Source: an uncultured delta proteobacterium
GTDB taxonomy: Bacteria > Myxococcota_A > Polyangia > Polyangiales > B10-G4
DNA: 64,000 bases
Direction: 5' to 3'
Assembly (NCBI GenBank): GCA_963727445.1
Contig: CAVSGI010000020.1
Span: 224,001-288,000 of the forward strand
Position 1 is the stretch's first letter. Each line of letters opens with the position of its first letter. Under the pieces are notes generated by a model. It saw only the letters and a list, made by a program, of their open reading frames with translations, was not told the DNA's origin and ran no database searches. Of this stretch, positions 52,856 to 63,068 are shown in pieces. Position numbers and translations under genes: made by a program.

Positions 52856-54547
52856 TCAGTCCTGCTTGTGCTCGATCTCGGGCTGAGCGGCGAAGAACTT
52901 GTTCAGCTCGGGGTCGTTGTACTTCTCGTAGTCGAGCGCCCAGGGGACCATCTCGAACTCGCCGTCGAGGTAGTTGATGGTCAGGGCGTGGGGCGTGACG
53001 CTGCGATAGCTCGAGTCTTCGGGTAGGTCGTCGTTGGTCTCGCCCCCCGCGCTGAAGAGCGTGATCAGCACCACGTCGTCGTCGTCGTAGTTCTTCTTGA
53101 AGCCCTCTTCGACCTTCTCGTGGCCGCGGATGAGGGTGTGACACCCCATCCGCTGCAGGAACGCCGCGGCTTGCAGTCGACCGAAGGGGAAGCGTGCCGA
53201 CTGCTCCTGTAGTTCGGCGGGGATCACGTCGGCGGTCGACGGATCGCTCCACATCATCTGGAAGCGGATGTCAGGGTCGTTCAGCGACGACAGGTCCTTC
53301 CAGCGCTCCTTGACCAATAGATCGCGTGGAATGCCGCCGTGGACGAACATCACGCTGTCGAAGAGCAGGACGTTGGGAAGCGCGTCGAAGAGCGACATGT
53401 AGTGGCGGAAGACGTCCACCGGAAGGTGCGGCTTGAGCGAGTTGATCGACTCGGCCGGCTTCACGCCACCGTACACCTGGCCTTTGTATTCGAGGTAGTA
53501 CTCGTGGTTGCCGCGCAGAACGTAGACGTGCTCGGGCGCCGTGGCCTTGATTTGAAGCACCGTCCGGAGGACGCCGTTCAGGCTGAAGCGCCCCCGGTCG
53601 ATGTAGTCGCCGAGGAGCACCAGCTTGGGGTCGGGGTTCTTCTTCGGGTCTTTGCGGAAGGCTTCGACCTTCTCGAAGAAGCGCGACTGCATGATGGCCG
53701 CCTTCAGGTTCGAGTAGCAGCCGTGGATGTCGCCCAGCACCGTCAGCTCGTAGCGCTGGCCTGGCTTCGGCGGCAGGACGTAGGTGTGACCGTCGAGGAA
53801 CGGCTCCTCGCTGGCGAGCTCCTGTACCTTCTTGACGCCGGTCAGCTTGCCCGCGCCTTTGGCCCGCGCCTCGTCGTGGAGCGCGATCGAGCGATCGAGC
53901 AGTCCGCGGTCGGCGCTGATCTGCTGGTTGATCTTGTCCGGGTCTCGCGAGTAGTGGAACTCGAACTGCTCGAAGAAGGGGTGCGTCTCGCGGCCGGCGG
54001 GGACGTCGACCTTGGCGGGGGGCTTGAGCTCGATCGAGGGCCGGGCGTGCTCGACCAGCTCCACGCCCAGGTCTTCTTCGAGGAGGCCCGAGATCTCGGC
54101 GCGGAGCTTCACCTCCGCCGGATGCGCCTCGCCGTCCGCGTAGATGAACTCGTCGATGGTGTCGAGGAGCGACTCCTGATTTTTGCGGTCGAAGTCCTGG
54201 AAGATCTCGTAGCAGCGCAGCTTCAACTTCGAGTGGACGAAGCTCTCCTGGCTCTCCTCGTTCGACACCGCCTCGGTGAAGAGGTCCTTCACGTGGCGAT
54301 CGATGCCTTCGAAGACCTCGTAGAAGTGCACCGTGAACTTCGCGATGAGCTCCGCCTTCAGCTTCGCGTCGGCGTCCGGCATGCCGTCTTCGACGCGATG
54401 GGCCACGAGCTTGCGGATGTAGTCCTTGATGAACTTCTTCTCGCTGTCGTCGAAGTGACCGTCGATGTACCCGAAGGTCGTGAGATAGAAGATGATCGCC
54501 TGAACCTGCTTTTCGGCGACCTGCGGATCACGGGAGAAGGTCAGCAT
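52856..54547 (-). CDS. PPP-family Ser/Thr phosphatase with N-terminal TerB-like domain
   Basis: GDIHG, GDYIDRG, RGNHE, HGG, WSDP, RGHE, TLFSA; N-terminal IDG...SE and ADG...AE. Confidence 0.8.
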   Translation of the reverse strand: MLTFSRDPQVAEKQVQAIIFYLTTFGYIDGHFDDSEKKFIKDYIRKLVAHRVEDGMPDADAKLKAELIAKFTVHFYEVFEGIDRHVKDLFTEAVSNEESQESFVHSKLKLRCYEIFQDFDRKNQESLLDTIDEFIYADGEAHPAEVKLRAEISGLLEEDLGVELVEHARPSIELKPPAKVDVPAGRETHPFFEQFEFHYSRDPDKINQQISADRGLLDRSIALHDEARAKGAGKLTGVKKVQELASEEPFLDGHTYVLPPKPGQRYELTVLGDIHGCYSNLKAAIMQSRFFEKVEAFRKDPKKNPDPKLVLLGDYIDRGRFSLNGVLRTVLQIKATAPEHVYVLRGNHEYYLEYKGQVYGGVKPAESINSLKPHLPVDVFRHYMSLFDALPNVLLFDSVMFVHGGIPRDLLVKERWKDLSSLNDPDIRFQMMWSDPSTADVIPAELQEQSARFPFGRLQAAAFLQRMGCHTLIRGHEKVEEGFKKNYDDDDVVLITLFSAGGETNDDLPEDSSYRSVTPHALTINYLDGEFEMVPWALDYEKYNDPELNKFFAAQPEIEHKQD

Positions 54548-54589
54548 CGCGCAGGCATCATACCGAGGGGCGCGTGATATAGGGAATCG

Positions 54590-55303
54590 ATGGCTTCCAA
54601 GGTGGCCTTCGTGGCGGGCGCGACCGGGTATACCGGGCGAGAAGTGGTGCGAATCGCGGCCCAGGCCGGCCATCGCGTCGTGGCGCACGTCCGCCCCGAT
54701 TCATCGCGACAAGAGGAGTGGAAGGCGCGCTTCGAGGCGGTGGGGGCCGAGGTCGACACCACGCCCTGGGACGAGGAAGCGATGGTGGAGACGCTCCGGG
54801 CGCTCGGCCCCGAGGCCGTCTTCGCCCTCCTCGGCACCACCCGGAGCCGCGCCCGGGGTGAGGGGCAGACCGCCTTGGAAGCGTACGAGAAGGTCGACTA
54901 CGGGCTGACCGCCCTCCTACGGCGCGCCGCCGAGGGCTGCGGTCACGCGCCGCGCTTCGTCTATCTCTCCGCCCTCGGAGTCACCCCCGAGACCAAGAAC
55001 GCCTACCTGAAGGTCCGCGCCCGTATCGAGGCCGAGCTCCGGCAAGGGACGCTTCCCTTCACGGTGCTCAGGCCGGCGTTCATCACCGGCGACGACCGGG
55101 ACGACGGGCGGACGGGCGAGCGCGTTCAGGCCGCCGCCCTCGACGGCGTGGGCCGGGTCCTGTCGGCCGTCGGCGCCCGGCGATGGGGGCGTCGGCTCCA
55201 GACCACCAGCAACACCGCCCTGGCGCGCGATCTGGTGAACATGGCTTTCGATCCGGCCTTCGACGGCCGAATCATCGAGTCCGAGGAGCTCTCGAAACGG
55301 TAG
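54590..55303 (+). CDS. NAD(P)-binding atypical SDR protein
   Basis: VAGATGYTG, LGTT, YLKVR, LRP. Confidence 0.8.
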   Translation: MASKVAFVAGATGYTGREVVRIAAQAGHRVVAHVRPDSSRQEEWKARFEAVGAEVDTTPWDEEAMVETLRALGPEAVFALLGTTRSRARGEGQTALEAYEKVDYGLTALLRRAAEGCGHAPRFVYLSALGVTPETKNAYLKVRARIEAELRQGTLPFTVLRPAFITGDDRDDGRTGERVQAAALDGVGRVLSAVGARRWGRRLQTTSNTALARDLVNMAFDPAFDGRIIESEELSKR

Positions 55304-55357
55304 GCGCGGTGCACACATGGCACCGGCCGAAAGAGGGGTTATCCTCGTCTCGTCCAA

Positions 55358-56317
55358 GTGCCAGCGGTCGCGACCACTCCACGGAAGAAGAACGGCGGCA
55401 TCATCGAGCTCCGTCGCTATGCCGGGGCCGAAGCGCACGCCCGGCAGCTCGACGGGATCCGTGTCGCGCACATCACCGACATCCACGTCGGACGCGTGAC
55501 GCCGGAGCGCATCCAGCTCGCGGCCGCCGAGCTCACCAATCAACAGATGCCGGACCTGATCGTGATGACCGGCGACTTCGTCTGCCACGGTCAGGGCTAC
55601 CTCGACCAGCTGACACAGGTGATCGAAGCGTACGACGCCCCGGTGATCGCCGTGATGGGCAATCACGACTACTGGTCCGGTGTCGACGAGGTGCGGCGCG
55701 CCCTCCGAAGGGGCGGCGCCGAGATCCTCGACAATCGCTGGACCACGGTGACGCTCAAGCACCAGGCGCTTCAGGTGGTCGGTCTCGACGACGCCTACAC
55801 CGGACACGCGTCCCGCGCGGAGGCCGTCAAAGGACTCGACCCGACGCGCGCGACGCTCGGGCTCTCACACATCGCCGAGGAAGCGGACGGCTTGTGGGCA
55901 GAGGGCGTGCCGCTGGTGCTGAGCGGTCACACCCACGGGGGCCAGGTCACACTCGCGCGTCTGCACGAGCTGTCGGTCGGCAAGCTCGCCGGCCACAAGT
56001 ACGTGCACGGCCTCTACGGCTCGCGTCACGACGACCGCGAGCCCGAAGGGGCGGTCTACGTCGGCGCCGGGATCGGTGCCGCGGTGATCCCGCTGCGGCT
56101 CGGGGACCGGGGTCGCCGCGAGGTGGCGATCTTCGAGCTGGGCGAGCAGCCCGGGGTGCTCGACGAACATCACGAGGAACAGCCCCCCCTCAAGGGTCGA
56201 AAGCCGAAGCTGCGCACCAAGCTCAAGCGGCACATCGCGGTGACCAAGAAGCGCGAAAAGCGCGAGAAGAAACGCGCGAAGGTCCAAGCGAAACAGGCCA
56301 AGAAGAACGGCAGCTGA
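55358..56317 (+). CDS. Metallophosphoesterase (YkuE-like) with Lys-rich tail
   Basis: TDIH, TGD, GNHD, SGHTHGGQ. Confidence 0.88.
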   Translation: MPAVATTPRKKNGGIIELRRYAGAEAHARQLDGIRVAHITDIHVGRVTPERIQLAAAELTNQQMPDLIVMTGDFVCHGQGYLDQLTQVIEAYDAPVIAVMGNHDYWSGVDEVRRALRRGGAEILDNRWTTVTLKHQALQVVGLDDAYTGHASRAEAVKGLDPTRATLGLSHIAEEADGLWAEGVPLVLSGHTHGGQVTLARLHELSVGKLAGHKYVHGLYGSRHDDREPEGAVYVGAGIGAAVIPLRLGDRGRREVAIFELGEQPGVLDEHHEEQPPLKGRKPKLRTKLKRHIAVTKKREKREKKRAKVQAKQAKKNGS

Positions 56318-56384
56318 GTGCCCGAGGGCGGCGTGGTGGCGGCGGCAAACCATCCGGCCACATATCGTTGCTAGGTTTCGACCC

Positions 56385-56853
56385 ATGCAGGTGCCGGAAG
56401 TAGAAGACGTCGTCTCGGATGAGGAGCGAGCCTGGCGAGAGCGCGTCGTTTCCCTCGTGATCTCGGGAACGGGCGTGAGCGATGACCTCGCGTTTGGCTT
56501 CCCGTGCGCCCTGCCCCCGGGCCTGCCCTGCCGCTTCGCCAGCGTCTCCTACCGCGCCGATTATTGTGTGCTGTCTCTCCATCTCGAGACCGCGGGCGCC
56601 CGTGAGCGCCTCCTGACGCTGCGAGAGCTCCTGAGACACGCTGGTTTCACCCTCCCCATCGACGAGCCCACCCGTATCCACGCCGCCACTTCCAAGCCGG
56701 GCATCACCTCCTCGATTCGAGATCGAGGCGCTGCCGAACGGTCTTCGCGTCGTGTGGTGGCTCGACGACGACAAGATGTCGTGGCTCCTCGACGACCAGG
56801 TGTGCATCGACCGCGCTCGAGGATCGCGCAAGCCCGGTCGCGACGGGCTCTGA
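56385..56853 (+). CDS. Hypothetical protein (probable frameshift near 56690-56720)
   Basis: Track ORF runs into the convergent gene; alternative frame EIEALPNGLRVVWWLDD ends at TGA 56853. Confidence 0.4.
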
Positions 56854-56878
56854 TTCCGCGCCCGGGCGGTGTCGAGCC

Positions 56879-58000
56879 TCAGCGCTCTTCGCGAACCAGT
56901 GCGGCGACGCGCTCTGCGATGGCCGGAGCCGCGGTCAGGCCGGGTGACTCGATGCCGATCAGGTTGATGAGGCCCGGTGCGCCATGCGCCGATGCCTCTT
57001 CGATGACGAAGTCGCGGAAGGGCTCGCCCGGGCCCGCGAGGCGAGGGCGTATGCCGGCGTAGTCGGGGCTGAGGTGCGCGGCCTGGACGCCCGGCAGGTA
57101 GCGGGCCACCGACGCGGAGAAGGCCTCGGCCTTCGCGTCGTCGACTCCGTAGTCGTCGCGTCGCTCGACGAAGGTCGCGTCGGGGCCCGCGATGCAGCGA
57201 CCACCGAGATCGACCGTCAGGTGGATGCCGAGACCGGGGCCGTTGGGCACCGGATACACCAGCGCGGTCTCGGGCCTCGGTGCGGCTGCGGCGAGGGCGA
57301 AGTAATCGCCCTTGCACGGGTGGAGGCGATAGCCGAGGACGTCCACGTCGAGGCCGGCGAGCGCGGCGACCCGGTCGGCCTCGAGGCCCGCGGCGTTGAC
57401 CACCCACCGTGCGCGGATCGACAGGCGCTCGGCGCGCGCGTTGTCGGTGTCGACGACGAGATGGTTGCCCTTCGGCGCGATCCCGACCGCCCAGGTCGAG
57501 AGCGCCACGTCGGCGTCGTGCGCGCGGGCCTCGGCGCGAAAGCTGTCGACCAGACCGTGTGCGTCGATGATGCCGGACTCCGGGGAGAGGAGGGCGCCCA
57601 CCCCGCTCAGGAGTGGCTCCCTGGCTTTGAGCTGCGCCTGGTCGAGCGTCTCGAGGGTGACGCCGGCAGCGCGCGCGCGTGCGTCGATCCGCTCGAGGCC
57701 TTCGATCTCGGTCTCGTTTGTGGCGACGATCAGCTTGCCCGACTTGCGGTGAGCGATGGAGAGACGCTCCGCGCGCGCGTAGATCAACTGGCGCCCGCGC
57801 ACGCAGGTCACGGCTTTGAGGGAGTCGGGCGGGTAGTAGATGCCGGCGTGGATCACGCCGCTGTTGCGGCTCGAGGTGATGCGGCCCGTTCCGCTCTCAC
57901 GCTCGAGAACCAGAACCGAGCGGCCCTCACGACAAAGCGCGGCGGCGACAGCGAGGCCCACCACTCCAGCACCAACGACCACCACCTCGCTCTCGAGCAC
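56879..58000 (-). CDS. FAD-dependent oxidoreductase, L-2-hydroxyglutarate oxidase (LhgO) family
   Basis: VVGAGVVG, SSRNSGVIHAGIYY, KGDYF, LGIHLT, GIRP, GIESPGLTA. Confidence 0.88.
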   Translation of the reverse strand: MLESEVVVVGAGVVGLAVAAALCREGRSVLVLERESGTGRITSSRNSGVIHAGIYYPPDSLKAVTCVRGRQLIYARAERLSIAHRKSGKLIVATNETEIEGLERIDARARAAGVTLETLDQAQLKAREPLLSGVGALLSPESGIIDAHGLVDSFRAEARAHDADVALSTWAVGIAPKGNHLVVDTDNARAERLSIRARWVVNAAGLEADRVAALAGLDVDVLGYRLHPCKGDYFALAAAAPRPETALVYPVPNGPGLGIHLTVDLGGRCIAGPDATFVERRDDYGVDDAKAEAFSASVARYLPGVQAAHLSPDYAGIRPRLAGPGEPFRDFVIEEASAHGAPGLINLIGIESPGLTAAPAIAERVAALVREER

Positions 58001-58056
58001 GGAGGCATCATGGTGGCCCTCGGCCGACACTGGCAAGCCTGCTACCCTCCGCGCCC

Positions 58057-58851
58057 ATGACGAGCATATTCAGAAGCGATTGCCTCGCCGGACGCGTCGC
58101 GCTGGTCACCGGCGGGGGTTCCGGCATCTGCAAGGGCATCACCCGCTCGCTCCTCGCCCACGGCGCCAAGGCGGCCATCGTCGGGCGAAAGAAGGCGCGC
58201 CTCGACGCGGCGGCCGAGGAGCTGGCCAAGGAAACGGGCAGCGAATGTCTCGCCATCGCCGGCGATGTGCGAGAGACGAAGCAGGTCGAGCAGATGGTCT
58301 CGGGGTGCGTCGAGCGCTTCGGCAAGCTCGACATCCTCGTCAACGGCGCCGCCGGCAACTTCCTCGCCCCCGCGGCGCAGCTCTCCTACAACGCCTTTCG
58401 CACCGTGATGGAGATCGACGCCATCGGCACCTTCAACGTATCGAAGGCGGCCTTCGACGGAGCGCTCAAAGATGGCGGAGGGGTCATCCTCAACATCTCG
58501 GCGACGCTTCATCACGGGGCGACGCCGCTCCAGTCCCACGCCGCGGCGGCGAAGGCCGCGGTGGACTCGGTGACCCGCTCCCTCGCCGCGGAGTGGGGGA
58601 GCCTCGGTATCCGCGTGGTCGGCATCGCGCCCGGACCCATCGGCGACACCGAGGGCGTCGCCCGCCTCGTCCCGCAGGGGATGAAAGAGAAGATCGAGCG
58701 CGGCATCCCCCTGGGTCGTTTCGGCACCATCGCCGAGATCGCCAACCTCGCGACCTTTCTCTGCACAGACGCCGCGTCCTTGATCACCGGCGACACCATC
58801 ATCGCCGACGGGGGCCAGTTCCTCCTCGGCTCGGGAGTGCTGCTGTCATGA
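58057..58851 (+). CDS. SDR, peroxisomal-type 2,4-dienoyl-CoA reductase-like
   Basis: TGGGSGI, NGAAGNF, HAAAAKAAVD, IAPGPI. Confidence 0.85.
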   Translation: MTSIFRSDCLAGRVALVTGGGSGICKGITRSLLAHGAKAAIVGRKKARLDAAAEELAKETGSECLAIAGDVRETKQVEQMVSGCVERFGKLDILVNGAAGNFLAPAAQLSYNAFRTVMEIDAIGTFNVSKAAFDGALKDGGGVILNISATLHHGATPLQSHAAAAKAAVDSVTRSLAAEWGSLGIRVVGIAPGPIGDTEGVARLVPQGMKEKIERGIPLGRFGTIAEIANLATFLCTDAASLITGDTIIADGGQFLLGSGVLLS

Positions 58852-59871
58852 GGGCGCTCATCTTGATGGTGGTCCTCGCCGCGTGCGGAGGGCAGTCGGA
58901 GGCGGGGCGGGAGACGGAGAGCGCGACCGAGACACAGACCGCGACGGAGACGGAGACACAGACCGCGACGGAGACACAGACCGCGACGGAGACACAGGCG
59001 GTGACGGAGACGGAAGCGGTCGCCGAGCCCGAGCCCACCCATCCGCGGCCCTGTCCGCCGCAGGAAGAGTGGCCCGAGGGGATGGCGTGCGTTCACGGCG
59101 GCACCTTCGAGCTCGGCGATCCGGAAGGCCGGCCGGAGGAGCAGGAGCCGGGCGAGGTGTACGTCGACACCTTCTACATGGACCTCACCGAGGTCACGAA
59201 CGAAGCCTACGAAGCGTGCATCCAGGCCGGGCGCTGCGAGCGGCCCCTGCACTTCCGGCGCTTCGACGGGCCACGCCAACCGGTGGTCGCCGTCTCCTGG
59301 TTCGACGCCGTCCATCACTGCGAGATGCTCGGCAAGCGTCTTCCGACCGAAGCCGAGTGGGAGCGCGGCGCGGCGGGTCCCGACGACACCCGCTTTCCAT
59401 GGGGAGACGAGACGGACAACATCTGCGAGCGCGCGTCGGTGAAGACCGAGGCGGGCGAAGGGTGCGGGCGGGAGATCTCCTCGCCGGTGGGCAGCTTCCC
59501 GCCCGGCCACTGGGGCCTCTACGACATGGCGGGCAACGTGCACGAGTGGGTGAACGACCGCTACAGCGAGTGTCTCCGCGGCTGCGACAACGAGTGCGGC
59601 GACGCGTGCTTCGGCGACAACCCGCGCGGCCCCTGCGGCGGCACCCTCGAGCGTTGCCGGCATCACGGGATGCGCTCGGTGCGGGGCGGCAGCTGGTACT
59701 GGCCCCTCGAACGCTCCCGGGCCCAGGCGCGCCGCGGCTCCGGCGCCCCCAATCGGGGGCCCCATCGCTTCGGCTTCCGCTGCGCGCGGGATTCTCGAGG
59801 TGCCCGCGGCGGCGGAAGAAGCCGACGGCACCGAAGCCGCCGAACAAAGTGCAGAGGCGCCTGAACAATAG
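58848..59871 (+). CDS. Formylglycine-generating-enzyme (SUMF1) domain lipoprotein
   Basis: Lipobox LAAC, TETQTA repeats, RLPTEAEWE, GLYDMAGNVHEW, RGGSW, GFRCA; tail ends 59864 as read or 59871 if one extra T is removed. Confidence 0.85.
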
Positions 59872-59937
59872 GCTTTTCCCCCCGTCTGACGCTCCGTTCG
59901 CGGGAGGCGCCGAGCTGAGCTAGGCTCCGCCCGCGCG

Positions 59938-60987
59938 ATGGGAGGACAGGTGCGAACGATCTACACGCTGGCGCTGGTCGCGGCGTCGCTACTCACGACG
60001 ACGACGGCCATGGCGCAGCGGCTCAGCGCCGAGCAGAGCCGCATCCTCGAGGGGGTCCCGAGCGAGCGCCTCGAGCCGCCGGGCGAGCACTACTACCGCA
60101 GCAACGAGTGGCGCCAGGACCTGCTCCGCGAGCACCTCAGCGGGCTCGGTGGCGCTTTCGTCGGCGTCGGTTCCGATCAGAACTACACGATGGCCGCGAT
60201 GGCGGGCTCGGAGTACGTCTTCCTCGTCGACTACGACCCCTTCATCCCGTGGATCCACGAGATCTACGAGATCCTGGTGACGGCGTCGGAGACGCCCGAG
60301 GCCTTCCTCGCGCGCTTCAGCGAGGAGGGCGAGCGCGAGACCACCGAGATGCTTCGCGCCGCCTTCGAGGGGCGCCCCCAGGGACGGCGCATGGTGCGTC
60401 ACTTCACCTCGCGACGCGAGTCGTGGGAAGGCTACCTCACCCGCGTGAGCCGCCTCGAGCGCGACGGGCGTCCTTTCAGCTGGCTCGCCGATCCGGAGAT
60501 GTACCAGTACACGCGGCGCATGTTCCAACAAGGCCGGATGATCTACCGCAACGGCGACGTCACCGGCACGACGACCCTCGCGGCGGTCGCGGACGCATGC
60601 CGCCGGCTTCACACGACGGTGCGCGTCGTCTACTTCTCGAACGCCGAGCAGTTCTTCGAGAACACCGACCAGTTCGTCGCGAACATGAAGGCGCTGCCTA
60701 CCGACGACCGCTCCATCGTGCTGCGCACGATCCGGCACCGCAGCATCGAGATCGCCGAGGACGGACGCTGGCACTACCTGGTCCACGACTTCCCGGACTT
60801 CCTGGCCCGCCTCGACACCGGCGTGTACCGCCGGGTCTTCTCCTTCACGGTCGACCTCTTGGCCGCCGGCCCTCCGCACCTCGGGTCGGGTGGGATCTCC
60901 ACCCTGACCTCGGACGTGCCGATGGCCGCGGTGCAAGCCGCGCGCGAGCGGCGGCGACAGCGCGAAGCGCGCCGCTCCGCACACTGA
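59938..60987 (+). CDS. Hypothetical secreted protein
   Basis: Signal peptide; SNE, GGAFVGVGSDQNY, YFSNAE conserved-looking motifs. Confidence 0.7.
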   Translation: MGGQVRTIYTLALVAASLLTTTTAMAQRLSAEQSRILEGVPSERLEPPGEHYYRSNEWRQDLLREHLSGLGGAFVGVGSDQNYTMAAMAGSEYVFLVDYDPFIPWIHEIYEILVTASETPEAFLARFSEEGERETTEMLRAAFEGRPQGRRMVRHFTSRRESWEGYLTRVSRLERDGRPFSWLADPEMYQYTRRMFQQGRMIYRNGDVTGTTTLAAVADACRRLHTTVRVVYFSNAEQFFENTDQFVANMKALPTDDRSIVLRTIRHRSIEIAEDGRWHYLVHDFPDFLARLDTGVYRRVFSFTVDLLAAGPPHLGSGGISTLTSDVPMAAVQAARERRRQREARRSAH

Positions 60988-60989
60988 AA

Positions 60990-62444
60990 TTATCTCTGTC
61001 GCGCTTCTTCGCCGTGCGCCTGCGCGTAGCGCTCGCGGATGTCGCGGACCAGATCGTCCCCCAGGACGCCGTGCTTCTGGAAGTAGCGCATGTGCAGGAT
61101 CGACTCGCCGCCGAGCTCGGCCGCGCTCTTGCCATCGACCCGCTCGGTGTACTGCTTCGGGTGGAAGGGCATCAGGGTCGCCCCCGGCACCACGTCGACG
61201 CGCTTCAAGAGGTCGATGGTCGCGTCGAGGGAGTTCATCTTCATGTAGGGGCAGGTCGCGCATCCACCGGCGATGGTGCAGCCTTCGCCCGCGGCGACAC
61301 CGGGGATGATCGGTAGCTCGGCCTCGTCGGTCTGAGCGATGGCCTCGCTGGCCACGGGAAAGATGATCTCGACGGCGACCTCGGGCCGCGCGGCCAAGAG
61401 ATCGCGGACCTTCTTCACGATCGCCGTCAGCATGCCGGCCTCGGTGCCCAGAACGAAGGAGAGACGCGTCGCGGTGCCGGCGGGGACCTTTTCCACCTGG
61501 TCGGCGATGAAGCCCAGGATGTTCGAGGTCGAGCCCACCACCCCGCGGCCTTCGCGGCTCGCCTCCATGCCGAGGGCGAACATCTCGCCAGGGACCTCGA
61601 GGTGGGCGGTGACCATGGCGTTCGGGTAGTCCTCGCGCACCCGGCGGGCCACGTCCGCGCCGAACATGTGGTGGACGACGCACACGCCTTGCTGGAAGTG
61701 ATGAAAGCGCGGCAACAGCGCGCGGATCGTCTCCGGCGTGTGATCCGGGTGGACGGCGCGCACCGCCGCCTCGTCCATCTGCGCGAGGCTCTCGAAGAGC
61801 ACGCGAAGGTTCTCGCCCATGTAGGTATCCGGCCCGTAGAAGACCTCCACCTCGGGGACCTGCGCGGCGGCCTGCAGGATGGTCTTCACCACGTTCGACG
61901 AGGTGCAGGTGATGGTGGGGACGCGTGCCTGCGCTTCGGCCTTCGTGATCAGGCTGGTGTTGATGTAGACGACGTGGAGCGAGTTGGGCGTGTCGGCGGC
62001 CTTCTTCAGGTAGGCGGCGTAGGCCGGCGCGGTGGCTGACTCCGCGAGGGAGCAGCCAATGGGATCGGCCGCGACGCGATAGACGATCACGTCCTCGTGG
62101 CCGGAGGCGTCGAGCATCGCTCGGACGTTCTCGCTCATGAAGTCGACGCCGAGCACGATGACGTTCTTCACGCCGGCTTCCGCCATCCGGATCGCCGAGT
62201 CCGCCATCAACAGCGAGTCGCTGATCGCGATGTGCGGCCAGTCGCAGGCGGTGAGGACGCCCTGGAGCTCGGGGTCCATGTAGAAGTGCGCCACGACCCC
62301 GGCGTTCTTCTCTTCGAGCAGCTGGCGCAGCTCCCTCACCACGTCTGGATCGGGGCTCAGGAACTCCGCCTGGGCTTCGGCGAAGGAGCCCTCGGGGGTC
62401 AGGGCATCACGGGTGATGGTGAGGCTCGGGAAGGGCGTGGCCAT
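60990..62444 (-). CDS. nadA: Quinolinate synthase (long, plant-like form)
   Basis: VAHFYMDPE, SDSL, GCSLA, VVYINTS, CTSSN, CVVH, AHLE, CPYMKMNSL. Confidence 0.9.
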   Translation of the reverse strand: MATPFPSLTITRDALTPEGSFAEAQAEFLSPDPDVVRELRQLLEEKNAGVVAHFYMDPELQGVLTACDWPHIAISDSLLMADSAIRMAEAGVKNVIVLGVDFMSENVRAMLDASGHEDVIVYRVAADPIGCSLAESATAPAYAAYLKKAADTPNSLHVVYINTSLITKAEAQARVPTITCTSSNVVKTILQAAAQVPEVEVFYGPDTYMGENLRVLFESLAQMDEAAVRAVHPDHTPETIRALLPRFHHFQQGVCVVHHMFGADVARRVREDYPNAMVTAHLEVPGEMFALGMEASREGRGVVGSTSNILGFIADQVEKVPAGTATRLSFVLGTEAGMLTAIVKKVRDLLAARPEVAVEIIFPVASEAIAQTDEAELPIIPGVAAGEGCTIAGGCATCPYMKMNSLDATIDLLKRVDVVPGATLMPFHPKQYTERVDGKSAAELGGESILHMRYFQKHGVLGDDLVRDIRERYAQAHGEEARQR

Positions 62445-62523
62445 GCGCGGAGTATAGGGCCACCGCGCGCCTGTTGGTCTCCTCCGGTTGACGTCGCGTT
62501 TCGCGCGCAACAGGTTCTCTGTC

Positions 62524-63051
62524 GTGAATCGCCGAAAAGCGCTGGCGGTCTTGGGGCTCGCGCTCGTGATGGGCGGCGCGCCCTTGTTGGCGGCGGCCCA
62601 GCAGAGCCTCTCCGCCCAGAAGGCGATCATCGCGGCACGCTTCCCCGCGGTCCGTTGGGTCACGACGGGGACCCTCGCGCGGTGGATGGGCCGCGGGGGC
62701 CACGCCGGGCCGGTCATCCTCGACGCGCGCGCGCCGGAAGAGTTCCGCGTCAGCCACCTGCGGGGCGCCCGGCGCGTCGATCCCGACCTCGAAGACGTGA
62801 GCTCGCTCGGCATCGATCCGGGCGCGCGGATCGTCGTCTACTGCTCGGTGGGATGGCGGAGCGGCGCGATCGCTTCGCGCCTGGAGCAGGCGGGATATCG
62901 ACAGGTCTACAACCTCGAAGGTGGGATCTTCCGCTGGGCGAACGAAGGCCGCGCCATGTACCGCGGAGACCACGTGGTCCACAGGGTGCACCCCTACGAC
63001 CAAGCGTGGGGCCGGATGCTCGACGACCAGCATCGCGCCTCGCTGCACTGA
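62524..63051 (+). CDS. Exported rhodanese-like protein
   Basis: LDAR..EEF.VSHL.GA, YCSVGWRS, YNLEGGIF.W. Confidence 0.85.
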   Translation: MNRRKALAVLGLALVMGGAPLLAAAQQSLSAQKAIIAARFPAVRWVTTGTLARWMGRGGHAGPVILDARAPEEFRVSHLRGARRVDPDLEDVSSLGIDPGARIVVYCSVGWRSGAIASRLEQAGYRQVYNLEGGIFRWANEGRAMYRGDHVVHRVHPYDQAWGRMLDDQHRASLH

Positions 63052-63068
63052 GCGAGCTCAGAAGGCGA

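Noticed and set aside
57840..58847. Fusion of SDR and FGE genes suggested by track ORF 57840-59864
   Set aside because: SDR is in a different frame; the FGE lipoprotein starts at an ATGA overlap at 58848
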